Source of the DNA: Vicugna vicugna
Taxonomy: Eukaryota
Length of the DNA: 64,000 nucleotides
NCBI GenBank assembly: GCA_013265495.1
Contig: MU061579.1
Coordinates: 4,711,146-4,775,145, forward strand
Reading direction: 5' to 3'
Shown: piece by piece, positions 1-11,225 of the stretch
How positions within the stretch are numbered: the first letter of the stretch is position 1
Layout of the letters: each line of letters starts with the position of its first letter
Translations under genes and position numbers: made by a program
The notes under the pieces: generated by a model
Database searches by the model: none
Told to the model about the DNA's origin: nothing
The model's input: only the letters and a program-made list of their open reading frames with translations

Positions 1-1719
1 TTCTGCTCCAAAATAACAAGAACCAAAACAGGAGTAAGAGTAATAATAACAACAGCAATGAAAAGAAGGGCCGGATGCCCCAGATAATGTAGGATGTTTT
101 CTGACCAAAATTTCCATCTAAATAATATGAACACTACATGAGGAACAGCAGTCTGAAGGAGTCTACATTCTCTCAATGTGAGACAAAGATCATTTACCAA
201 AACCTGACAAACTTCATAGCTCTTGAGAAGAAAACAAATAAATACCAGTAAATGTCATCCCATGCCTTACCCTCATGTCAGTACTCTGTGCCCGGAATGC
301 TGTTATTTACTTAAGAATCATTTGTGCCTCTATCTCTGTGAGCTTCCAGATGATAGCAGTCAGGTGGTACTTTTTCTCACTAATTTAGAGAAGATGCAAT
401 TTTGTTTACTAATTTCTGGAGGCATTCTGACAGAGATTCAATGTGCAAACTGACTTGAACAATTTAAACTCAATTACCCATGTGAAGAGAGGCACTTTTT
501 AAAAATAGCTAATGACTATCACAAGGATATTATGCAGCTAAGATCAAAGAGTAATTTACTGTGATAAGAAAAAAAAAGGGGGAGATTTTGTAGTGTCTCT
601 TGAGGAAATGGAAATTCACTTCTTTTTTGTTGTTCACGGATAAGCCTAGAGGGAAATTCATCAGCTTTATATCCTCAGGTGAATCTATGAAATATATTCT
701 GCAAGCAATAAAAGTAAGTTTGTATTTAAAGTTTCTTAACCACAGCCCTATCATGACTCATCTTTCCAATTCTGTCAGGACCTTTCTTTTTGTACTCATT
801 TCTTTGACAAAATGTATTCTTAAAATCTAACAAAAATTGCTTGTAAGAGGACCAAAAATCTCAAGACAATACCAAAAAACTTAAGTTATAACCATTGGAG
901 AGCTATGGTGTTTGCTCTGAAAATAAAATTCCCCATAGACTTAGAAGTTCAACTTATTGGAGGTAAATGTAGGCAGTATTATCCTGAATCACTAAACTCA
1001 TACAAATACTTACCCCCCAAAAGGGAGATTATATTGTAAGATAATTAATTCTATTTTTCACTAGAACTTGAAATTACTACATTTTAAACCAAATATTTAT
1101 GACCAGTCACATTTAGATTATAGATACCAAGTGACAGTGTATAATTTCATTTAAAAATTACATAACCTGTCAAAATGATAAATAAGCACTTACATTTTTG
1201 GTAGCTAAATTTTAAGTGATCTCTCTCAAGGGTATTTATGTCTTTATATCCCAGGAGCCCAGCTGTATTCTAAATCAAGTACCAAAGACACCTACGCAAA
1301 CCACCTGCTCGTTACTAAATCTCCAGGCTCAATTCTATCCTCCTTTCTTTGCCAAGAAGCTATATTCCATCTCTTGCTTTGATCAAGATTTTGTATTTGT
1401 TATAATTATCAGGACTACACATCCCTTCTTGGTCCTGAACTAGGTGTCAAAAAACAGATTAAGCAAAATTATGACATTCTTGGACCTGTTCCCAGTTCAG
1501 AATCACCACTTTAGGCAACCAAGACCTTCCATGCTGCTCCCAGGAATACAGGCACCCTGACATGGATACACTATCATTGTCTTTGATGTCTGATCCTTTA
1601 ATGATTCTTGGGTTGAGATTTCAGGTGTGATGCCTTTCATTCATCTCCTCACTCAGTTGCTTGCTTCATTAAGAGAACTATTTTTGTGTCCACTATGTGC
1701 TAAACATAGTCACGATCCT

Positions 1720-1975
1720 GGGAATAATAATAATACTGACCAACTTTATTTGGTACTTCATCATCTGTACTGAGCTAAAAGCTTGACACTTATTTGTCGT
1801 GATACAGCTGGCTAAATCATACGAGGTGCATGCTAATATCATGCCCGCTGTAGAGGAAAGCCAATTGAAGGTTAAAGTTAAATAGCTCACTTAAGCAGAG
1901 TTACACAGCTAATCAGGGGCAGAGTACAATTTGAATCCAGGCACTAGAACCCCAGAAACTACACTATTTATCACT
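1720..1975 (-). mobile_element. MIR SINE, degraded
   Basis: Antisense MIR core-like text (aataataataatactg...gttacacagctaatcaggggcagagtacaatttgaatccaggca). Confidence 0.7.
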
Positions 1976-2439
1976 AAAAGACAGGATTTCTGGTGTAAGA
2001 ATTCTCAGACTCTGGAGGTAGAGGTCAAGAGTTAAATAGATAATTGCACCACAGTTAGACTAGCATAGAACTATGCATACATTCTTATGGTAAGATATAG
2101 AGGGTGACATAGCACATTTAGAGGCAAAATATTTTTGGATTAGTCACCTTAATTCATTACCATGTGGCTTCCAATGCCTTTAAATAGGTTGTTATGCAAG
2201 ATAATAAATGGAAAGGGTTCAGTGTATCCTTGAATTTATATGTGTGAAATGATGTTTGCTTGTTTTTTGTCTTTTCCATAGCTAAATGGCTGGCATCTCC
2301 CACTACCTATTTACTTCTCAGTATAGATTAAATAAAATTAACTTCTTCCAGGTTTATTTAAGATGTATAACTATTGTGAAACTAAGGCATAATTCCTATG
2401 AACTTACAACATTATATATATACATATGTCTTGATTCCT

Positions 2440-3000
2440 TATCTGTTTTTAGGTAATGCCCTGTTTTTTGTCACTTTTCACACAAAACTCAAAAGTTTAC
2501 CATCTTCCATTTTAACTTTCCAAATTTATTTTCTTTGCTGAATTTTTGCCCCAGCATTCTGCTAAAGCTGTTCATGTATATATCACCGCTGACCTCCCTA
2601 CTACAAAAAACAAGAGTCCGACTTTCCCCTCATCTTACAGGCTCTCTCAGAAGCATTTGAAAAGACTGAACTGCCCCTCCTTCTTCAAATGTTAAACTCC
2701 CTTGCTGTCTGTGATGCTTTTGACTCCTGGTCTCCCTCCTGCTTTACTGATCTATCCTTCTGAGTTAAACTTTTTGGGTTTCTACTCTTGTTCTCAAATT
2801 CTAAATATAGTTTGCCTCAGAGAGATGAATTGTTCCTAGGCTCCTTGTTGGTAGCTTTGTACTTTTTACACTCTCTCTCCCAGGAATCTCATCCTGGATG
2901 CAAATATGAATTTATCTATCTGTACATTTATGACTCACATATTTGTCTCCAGTCTGAAATGCGACCCTGAATTCAGAGTTATGTATCCACATTCTCTTGA
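2440..3000 (+). mobile_element. L2 LINE fragment
   Basis: ctctctcagaagcatttga resembles the L2 RT 'DLSAAFD' region, followed by a pyrimidine-rich L2-like body. Confidence 0.65.
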
Positions 3001-4190
3001 TTAATTAACTAATTAATCCATCCGTTCATTTATTTTATCATTCTACCAACAAACATTTATTTTTTCTTACTGTTTAAAGAACTTTTGTAGATGCAAGGGA
3101 TTTAATTTTGAACAATCCAGACAAGATCCCTTCTCACATGGTGCTTTTTTTTCTGAAATATTTTTGAGGGAATTAACCTTCTGTTTGATTCTTAGGACAT
3201 TATGTGTTACGACTAACATGAAATTCAGGCAGTAGATCATTTGAGACTCTGAAAGACATGTCTAATGCAATGTTGCTATATTATTTTATGAAAATGTCTA
3301 AAATACTGCAGATTTTAAAACTGTCAATTTAATTATTATTCTACTCAAAAATACTTCTTTCTAGTTTTTTTTATTGATTATGTATTTAAAAACCTATATT
3401 GCACTCCAGATACAGGAGGTTATTCAGTTGAAATAAGCTTGATAAGTAAGTGATGTCTGAATTTCATACATTTCAGACACTGTGAAGTGATATGCATAGC
3501 AACAGAAATAGGCATAGTTTTATCCTCAACGAGCACATAACACGAAATCATATCGTCAGCACTGATAGATCAAATAGAAAGGGCTAATACCAAGACACAT
3601 GTTAAACACAGATATGAGTGGAAATCTGCATAGGAGGTACACACTTAATATCTATGTAGGTAATTGACTGAACATGGAAGTTATGCACTGAAAGTGTGAG
3701 GGGCCAAGAGAAACTTGCTGCTGAAATGATACTCAGCCCCAAACACTATCTGTGTGCTATCTCTTGATAGTAAAACTCTGAATGTAATCAGGTTAATTAA
3801 CTTGATAAATCCAGGGGCCCAACAGTGACTAACACATTTAATACTCACATGCCTTATAGATTTCAATCATTCTTAAAAACATATTTGAGTGCCTACTACA
3901 ACATAGAGCATATTAATGTCTATTCTACATGATGAAGCATAGAAATCTGCTGAATTTTCATCTTTCTAGTAATAAGCTACAGTGCTCCATGATAAATGAG
4001 AGCAAATCTTATCTCCATATTAACACTTCTCCATATCTGTGGATAATCAATTCACACACTTATATTTACTCAAAATGAGAATAAAGCATGTTTGATGGAA
4101 AAAATGGTGGCGACAGGAGGGTTTAGATTTCAGATTTCCCTTCACAGTTAATATACCAAGAATCTTAGCCTGCTTGAGATTCCAGACTTT

Positions 4191-4480
4191 TTTTTTTAAT
4201 TTTTTAAGTTTTTAAATTGAAGTATGGTCGATTTACAATGTTGTATTAGTTTCTGGTGTACAGCATAGTGGTTCAGTTATACATAGATATATATATCCCT
4301 TTGTCATATTCTTTTTCATTTTTGGCTATTAACAAGATTTTGAATATAGTTCCCTGTGGTATACAGTGGGTCTTTGTTGTTTATCTATTTTATATATAAT
4401 AGTTACTATCTGCAAATCCAGAACTTCCAGTTTATCCCTCCCCAACCCCTCTCCCCCTGGGTATCTGTAAGTTTATTTTC
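4191..4480 (-). mobile_element. L1 3' end, 5'-truncated, artiodactyl/camelid-type
   Basis: Poly-T then ttgaagtatggtcgatttacaatgttgtattagtttctggtgtacagcatagt (L1 3'UTR antisense); 16-bp TSD tgagattccagacttt (4175-4190) / tgagactacagacttt (4481-4496), 2 mismatches. Confidence 0.9.
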
Positions 4481-4496
4481 TGAGACTACAGACTTT

Positions 4497-4625
4497 ACAG
4501 CAAATTTCTCAACCCTGATAGTACATATAGAAAGTTTAAAAAAGATAATTAAGTACAAGCCCTACTCCTGGAGATTCCGATTTAACTGGTCTGGTAGTAG
4601 GGTTCAGCATTTCCTTAATGCATAT
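4497..4625. mobile_element. MER5-like hAT-Charlie DNA transposon fossil
   Basis: tttctcaaccctg...ccctactcctggagattccgatttaactggtctgg resembles MER5. Confidence 0.6.
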
Positions 4626-4689
4626 TTTACAATCTGTGTTATTACAAAGCATCCCAAATGTTTTGAATAGCATCCATGTTTAGGAATCA

Positions 4690-5190
4690 CTCCTCCAAGT
4701 ATGATGTATTGATTAAGATACTGACAGGGAATAGATGCCACATTTAAAGAATTAATGAAGAAGATCTTTTTACAGAGATGTGGGCAGAGAACAAACAACC
4801 AAAAGGGATGAGATCAGTAGCATCAGGAAGTTGTTAGTTCCCCGAGTTTGCAGGGGCAAGAGGAGGAAGTAGTTTCAATAGAGCCCGCTAAGTGCTATAG
4901 CCAGTAGAGAGGGGCTTCAGGAGCGGAACCCTGGCCGTGAGGAAAGGAAACAGCCACACCAAAAAGTAAGATCGTGTGGACAGGGAAGACTTGGGTGTAT
5001 GTGTGACAGTAGAATGGGATAAAGAGCTTTTCTCTCCCTGCTGTTGCTCTGCAATCTCTGGCCAGTACCTTCCATCAGAAGAATCAAACTGGGAGTTCAA
5101 GGACAAGAGAGCTCAAGACTCAGGTCTTAGTAGTCAGCTGGATACAGAGAAAGCTGTGAGTGATTACATGGAAAATAACCAGCATATTGA
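4690..5190 (-). mobile_element. Ancient ERVL-class LTR (LTR33-like), family uncertain
   Basis: Purine-rich LTR-like segment, similar in wording to the segment at ~55.0-55.4 kb. Confidence 0.45.
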
Positions 5191-6239
5191 AGGACTTTCC
5201 AATTCAGTCTATACATAGCTTTTTTTAGTTCAGTCTTTCTTTTTTAGTCATGATTCCACACCTACATTATATCACTTTACTTTCAAATCCTGGATTTAAA
5301 TTTGAGCACAATATGCTCTGTGCTTTTATGAAATGTTTTTTTAAATCATTTACAACTGAAATTTGAAATATTTACTTACTTAAAAAAATACTGCACTGAT
5401 TAGCTGAACTCAAAACTAACAAAATTCATATTATAAATTCTTTGATAATCTGTTAAATAATAGCAATAAAATTGTAGATATCCCATATTTAGGTCCTGAA
5501 AAATGTGGCATGAATGTTTTACATGAAAATATTATCATGGTCATTACAATAACTTTGTAATAAGTAATTATAAAACCACTCCATTATCTAATTGAACTCC
5601 TGAACAGTTTTTTCAATTAGCTTTTAAAATCATTAAAATGAGAAATCTAAAGCTAAGAATTATTATAGACCCTTTTAAGACTGTTTTGTGGCATTTAGCT
5701 GATATAACTTAACATTTGTGAATGATTTTGCAGCCACTTCAGATGGGCCTGGGCAATATTTCTGTTTAGAGCATCGTATCATTGATGAGGAATTCAACCC
5801 CCGAAATTCTTAACAAATGATAATTTCAATAATTTGTACCAATTGCTTGTGGGCAAGACATAATGTTAAATATGCAAAGTGATGATACAAAAACAGAGAA
5901 CCGTTGTTCCTTAGATCAAACTTTTGAGATAAAATAGGTTAAAATATGTATCAGCTAAAAGGCTAATAAATCATTATTTCTGTAGCTCCAGCTCTACTCT
6001 CAAAATTTCAAGCTTTCCAAATCTATAAAAATCCCTTTGTGTCGCTTGAATCTTAGGAGACCCCAGGATTTCTTGCAAATGGCCATTTTCTCCATATTCC
6101 CTAAGGTCTCCTGGCTTTGAGATTCCGGTTAGGTGCTGTGATAGTTTTTCATTTATTTTATAATGTTGTGCCATCCTCTGCTGGAAGAAAATAAATAAAA
6201 GAATTACCAACATTGTGGCACAATCCTCCTTTTCTTTTT

Positions 6240-6680
6240 CCTAAGTCCCTTAATTATCTCAGCAGTTGTTTCAGTCACAGCGACCTCCTTGAAATATGCC
6301 TGGTATATTCAAGCCTTGGGTCTTTGCACTGTGTTTTTTTCTGATTAAAAAGTCCTTTGCTCATATAAACAAATGGCTCACGCTGTCATCTTCACAGATT
6401 ATATCACGTTCTCAGCAAGGTCTACTCTGAGTAATTACAAACCTATCTTCTTGACCAGCAGACTCAACCCATTCCACCCTGTCTGTTTGTTTATCTTATA
6501 TGAAGTATCACCTTCTAACAATGATACGTTTGATTTCTTTTAGTATTTTTATTTTGTATTTCTCTCCATTATAATAATTCCATAAGGGCAGAGATCATTG
6601 TCTTCCACTGTTTGTTCACTGCTGCAGCCCCAGAAGCCAGCCCACTGTCGGCACTCTGAATAATTTGTTGTGTAAAGGAG
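6240..6680 (+). mobile_element. L2 LINE 3' portion
   Basis: gggtctttgcactgtg...cataagggcagagatcattgtc...tttgttcactgctgcagccccag, typical of the L2 3' end. Confidence 0.7.
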
Positions 6681-6769
6681 ACACATTCACCATGATACCA
6701 AGATATTCTCACATTCATTGTAATTGATTTGATTTAGAGATAAATGAGAGCAATTTCTGTAGTTCATTT

Positions 6770-7585
6770 ATAAATGAATGCTAAAAATAACAATACTTAC
6801 AACTTGTGGGATGTGGCCAAAGCATTATGTATAGAGAGCTTTATAACCCTAAATGCTCAATTTTAAGAAAAGACAGTGTCAAGATAATTAGCTAAATGTA
6901 TGAGCTACAAAGTTCAAACACTTAAGGCAGAATATGGTGACAGAAAGTCAAAAAATAACAATTAAAATTAAAATTAAGTGGAAATTCATTCATTTGACTA
7001 AAGAAACAGTATAGGTAACTTTTATCTAAGTGATTATGGGAAAAAAGAGAGAAGACAAACATACAAATTTTTAAAGCGGGGACATGCCTATAGATACTTC
7101 AAAATTAAATAGATGAATGCATATAATGAATAACTATAGGCAATACATTTAAATGTAAATAAAATAGACGGAGAATTTCCTACAAATTGATAATTTAACA
7201 AACTGACTCGCAAAGGATTATAGAATCTGAATAAGCTTATAATAATTAAACAAATAGAATTAGTTTAAAACTCTTTACCAAGAAAAAATCAGGTTCCCAG
7301 GAGTATTTCCAGGCATATTTCATCAAATATTTAAGGAACCACTCCACTTACACACCAGCTCTTTCAGACAAACTCTCTTCTAGAGAGAATCCCATTTGTA
7401 CACACATTCTTACAAAGGAAAATACTGCGCTTTCTGAAGGTAGCCTTAATGAGGCTGGCTCATCTGATATCAAAACAAGTAGAGGACATTATGGGAAATT
7501 AATATTTAAAATTAAGTTTACTCATAATTACAGACATCAGATAGCAAGTTATTTAACCAAATCTAACATTTTATATGCAAAAAGA
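6770..7585 (+). mobile_element. Old L1M ORF2 fragment (region after the endonuclease)
   Basis: aacttgtgggatgtggccaaagca...tttataaccctaaatgct translates NLWDVAKA...FITLNA, matching L1 ORF2 NLWDxAKAV.RGKFIALNA; many stops. Confidence 0.75.
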
Positions 7586-7599
7586 TCACTGTCTCCCTC

Positions 7600-8130
7600 T
7601 TCGATGTACCTCTGCAGTGTCAAAGTCTGAGCTGTTCTTCATAAACCGATTTCCTTGGAACTTTCAAGCAGTAGAGTTATTTGTGCAACATCTCGCTACC
7701 TAGGAGAATCTGGTTTACTAACTGCATACCGGGTAAGGCTCCCAGAGCTCCTGAACACCCAAGTACATGTCTGAGCTGACAAGTCACCGTTCCGGTGACC
7801 TTACTTCAGCTGCATTGCCACCTGCCTTTGAGTTGACATGCACAGCTTTAAAAATTCAAACTTAGTTGGCTCTGCCAGATATATTGTCACCCACCAAAAC
7901 TGTGGCAGAAAACAGCTCCCTCGGATGTAGTCTGAAGGACAAGGAGAAACGGAAATCCTTCCAACTGTTAAAACTTTAAGCATTGTATGCCTGTTCGCTT
8001 TGCCTGGGAAGAGAGAAACAAAGTGTGGATATATGTCAGTGTATGAATGTCTAAGCATTTGGCTGAATGATCGAGGGAGTCCACATTTCATAAAATGGAA
8101 GATTGGTGACAAGGATTCTACAGAGCATAC
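7600..8130 (+). mobile_element. ERVL-class (class III ERV) pol fragment, connection/RNase H region, frameshifted
   Basis: Collinear motifs over three + frames: GSARY (7868-7882), SLKDKEKRKSFQ, RFAWEE..VWIY, WKIGDK (8096-8113), matching ERVL DGSARY..SLKDSGEGKSSQ..HFAWKE..VRLY..WKIGDK. Confidence 0.8.
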
Positions 8131-8414
8131 TTTGTAACAGAGTATTCTATAAAGGTCTGCAATTGTGAAATTTAAAAAAATACTGTTTGTTTCCAGTTGC
8201 ACATTTATTCAAAGATTCCTGGGAAGATGTTGGAAAATAAGATAGAAGTCATTCTGTCTCTTTCTACAACTATCCTATTGTTTTTTTTGTTGCATTCTCA
8301 GCCATGAAATCATACAGGGGGTTATTTTGGGCTTATTTGTATAGGCATATCATCATCAAGCCTGAATTGTCTGACTGAGGCATACACTTTTAGAATTCAC
8401 TTAGATGCTTTCAG

Positions 8415-8632
8415 AAAAGCAAGCAAGCAAGAGAAGGAAGAAAGGGACGGAAGGAGGGAGGGGAGGGAGGAATTGGAGGATGGAGAGAGGGAAGAAAGAA
8501 AAAGAAAGAGGAAGGAAGAAAAGAAAGAAGGAATGAAAGAACGAAAGAACAAAAGAAAGAAAGGAAGGAAGGAGGAAGATTATAAATACGTGCAAAAATA
8601 AAACAAAACAACAACAAAAACCCAAAACAAAC
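8415..8632. repeat. GA-rich compound microsatellite (GGAA/GAAA) plus (CAAAA)n
   Basis: Read directly from the sequence; explains the low-complexity minus-strand ORFs 8401-8712 and 8411-8617. Confidence 0.95.
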
Positions 8633-8924
8633 AGCAGTTGGATACCAGATTCAAAATAGGTACCTGGCAGCAAACTAGTTTTCAGGACATTCCACCTTCG
8701 CTCAAGTTGCAAGAGCTTGGAGAAATTTTAAAAACTCAAAGCGTAAAAAAATCTGGGAGAGAAAGATCAACTGCCTTACACATGGATTCTTAGGAAACTG
8801 TTCCACCAACTAAATCCTAAAATATCTGAATACTTAGCTAATCCTCAGGAGCCTCAGATCTCATAGAGTTACCAAGAACAATTTTTGAACTCTGTGGGCT
8901 GAGAGACAGAGGATGTCAGTTGAG

Positions 8925-8980
8925 TTGGCCCATAAAACTAACCATCAAAACTACTATACTGTCAACTTAGCTTCTGATTA
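8925..8980 (-). mobile_element. Short MLT2 LTR / ERVL internal junction remnant
   Basis: cataaaactaaccatcaaaactactatactgtcaacttagc resembles the antisense MLT2 junction cataaaattaaccatcaca...ttgtcaacttggc. Confidence 0.4.
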
Positions 8981-9304
8981 TTTTCCATAGTTCACTGATC
9001 CACGTCCATATGGCTAGGGACATATGAGGTGCAGAAGGGAGAAGGCTAGGCTGAGGAAAAATTAATGCTAGGTTGATGACTAAATTGCTTCAATTCATGG
9101 GAGATTTGATTTCTTTGATTTGTTCATGTATAATGTCTTAGTGAATTGCTCAAATAATACATTTGTCAAATTTATGTATAGTATGAAAATAATACATAAA
9201 TAGTGGATGTTATTATAGGCATTTATTGTATAGTATTGGTTTAATTATAAACATTTACTTTGTTTGTATTGCAATTATGATACTGGTTTGGGAAGAAACC
9301 ATTT

Positions 9305-9580
9305 TACTGCGGGTGGATTAAAAAAAAGTGACCAGAATCCTTCCTTACATCTCTGTATGCACACCCCTTGGGAAAGTGCGTTTACAGTTCCTTCCGTCAA
9401 GATCTGGGGTCTATTTCCTCACCCCTTGAATGTAGGATTGTTGACTGGCTTGCTTTGTTCAATAGGACTTTGGCAAACATGGTGCTGGCGTAAGAGTCAA
9501 GTGTTCTTGAGCATTTGAGTTCACCCTCTCTTGCTGTGGCAAACCCAGAGATCATCATTCTGTGAACAAGCTTACTAGCC
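9305..9580 (+). mobile_element. MLT1 (MaLR) LTR fragment, MLT1F-H-like
   Basis: ggggtctatttcctcaccccttgaat...gactggcttgctttgttcaatagga, characteristic of MLT1. Confidence 0.75.
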
Positions 9581-9584
9581 ATTT

Positions 9585-9932
9585 TAAAGCACACAATTCA
9601 ATGCATTTAATTCATTCAGAAGGGTGTGCAACCACCACCTCTCTCTAGGTTGAAAGATTTTCACTTCCAAAAAAACCCCCATACCCCTTAACCTCCTCAT
9701 TGTCCCTCCCCTTGGCCCCTGGCAACAATAATCTGCATTTTTGTCTCTATCAAGTTGTCTATTCTGGATATTTATATGAATGCAGTAAGAACCCCTTAAG
9801 AACTCTTAGAATTTACTCTCTTAACAACTGTCCTAAATACCACACATCAGTGTTAGCTATAGTCCTCATGTTGTGCATTACCTACCTAGGCCTCACTTAT
9901 CTTATAACTTGGAAATGTTTACCTTTAGAGAA
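9585..9932 (-). mobile_element. L1 3'UTR fragment(s), L1MA/MB-like
   Basis: gtgcaaccaccacctct...cccctggcaacaataatctgcatttttgtctctat and cagtgttagctatagtcctcatgttgtgcatta. Confidence 0.8.
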
Positions 9933-9938
9933 CCTTCA

Positions 9939-10500
9939 TTTTTTTCCCCCAGGGAAAAAAAAATTATTTAGTTTAACGTTTCCCCTGATCTAAAGAGAAA
10001 GATGTCAAGAGAAAGCCAAGAACATATGCATCAGCATACACTCCCCCAACCTGGAATCCAGATAACCTATAAGAAAAAAATAAGGGCAAAGTTCTATTCA
10101 ACAGATAAATTCATCTTTGCTTCCGGAAAACATTTCCATATTATTTTCCTCTCCTGGCCACTTGGGCCTTCAGAATAGCAGCTTTTTCCTGGCCAGCCTC
10201 AGAGCCTTGGGTTTTATTTTTCATGCTCTTTAACATGGGTGTGTTTTTCAGCACATCAGGCAAAATGAGAAAGCAGAGTTTGCTGCCACGGACCTACACC
10301 TGCTCCAGCTGTGCCATGAGGCTGGCTCGGTACGTGACTGTGAAGCTGGGCATCTGTCAGTCCATGTTTCCTTCACCTCCTTGAGCTTCCCTTGATACGG
10401 CTAGCTGGTGTTTGTCTTACCTGTCACGAGGTGGCCTTCAGCCTCACGTAGGACTGTAATTGGCACACCAGTAGACATCTTGGCAGGAAGTTAGGCTCCA
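9939..10500 (-). pseudogene. SNRPD3: Processed pseudogene of small nuclear ribonucleoprotein Sm D3; decayed CDS 10478..10111
   Basis: Minus strand translates [117 protein letters not shown], collinear with Sm D3. Intronless, 4 stops, one 1-nt frameshift. Followed by 3'UTR-like sequence and a short A-tract (T run 9939-9945). Confidence 0.95.
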
Positions 10501-10509
10501 GCCTCCGAA

Positions 10510-10647
10510 AATATTTTAACTGGCTATTTGTCTTTTTTTGTTGAGTTGTGAGAGTTCTTTATATATTTTGGAGACTAGATCCTTTTAAAATCTTTGATTT
10601 GCAAATGTTTTCTGCCTATACGTAGGTTGTCTTTTCATTTTCTTGAG
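10510..10647 (-). mobile_element. L1 ORF2 fragment, antisense
   Basis: Minus strand gives KKMKRQPTYRQKTFANQ, matching L1 ORF2 [13 protein letters not shown]. Confidence 0.85.
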
Positions 10648-10649
10648 GC

Positions 10650-11225
10650 CGCTAGAGCTCTTGTACATTGCTGTTTGGAATACAAAATTGTATGGCCACT
10701 TTGAAAGTAGTTTGGCTGAGTCTTTTTGTGTTAAACAACTACTTATTATATAGCTCAGCATTCTCATTCTTAGTATACGTGCCAAGAGAAATGAAAACCT
10801 GTATCGACACAAAGACATTTATGTGAATGTTCACAGAAGCACTATTTATGATTATTAAGAACTAGAATTAATGCAATGTTCATCAAACAGTGAATGGATA
10901 AACAAAACAAGTGCTTTATACATATTATGGACTACTTCGTAGCAACATGAAGGAATGAACTATTGGTACAGAAACAAAAATTACTGAATCTCAACAATAT
11001 GCTATGTGAAAGCAGTCAAACAGACTGGGTTATTCCATTTATATGGAAGTTATACAATTTATTAAAAGGCAAAGGAGAGGAGATTGATGGCAAATCAGCA
11101 AAGGAAAAATTTTATACCATTTTGGTGGAGGTTATATAATTTTATACAATTACTAAAATTATCAAACAATATTCTTAAAATGAGTGCGGTTTATTTTATA
11201 TGTCAAACCTTAATAAGTTTGGAGA
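10650..11225 (+). mobile_element. Old L1 (L1MB/ME-like) ORF2 end and 3'UTR
   Basis: tacattgctgtttggaatacaaaattgtatggccactttgaaa...tgttcatcaaacagtgaatggataaacaaa. Confidence 0.85.

Noticed and set aside
7666..7703. Peptide QAVELFVQHLAT resembling a CHRAC1-type histone-fold segment
   Set aside because: Similarity does not extend either way, and the region is better explained as ERVL pol
7801..8202. 133-aa minus-strand ORF
   Set aside because: No ATG start, no recognisable protein, and antisense to a decayed ERVL pol fragment
8401..8712. Hydrophobic F/L/S-rich ORFs
   Set aside because: Translation of a GA microsatellite on the opposite strand
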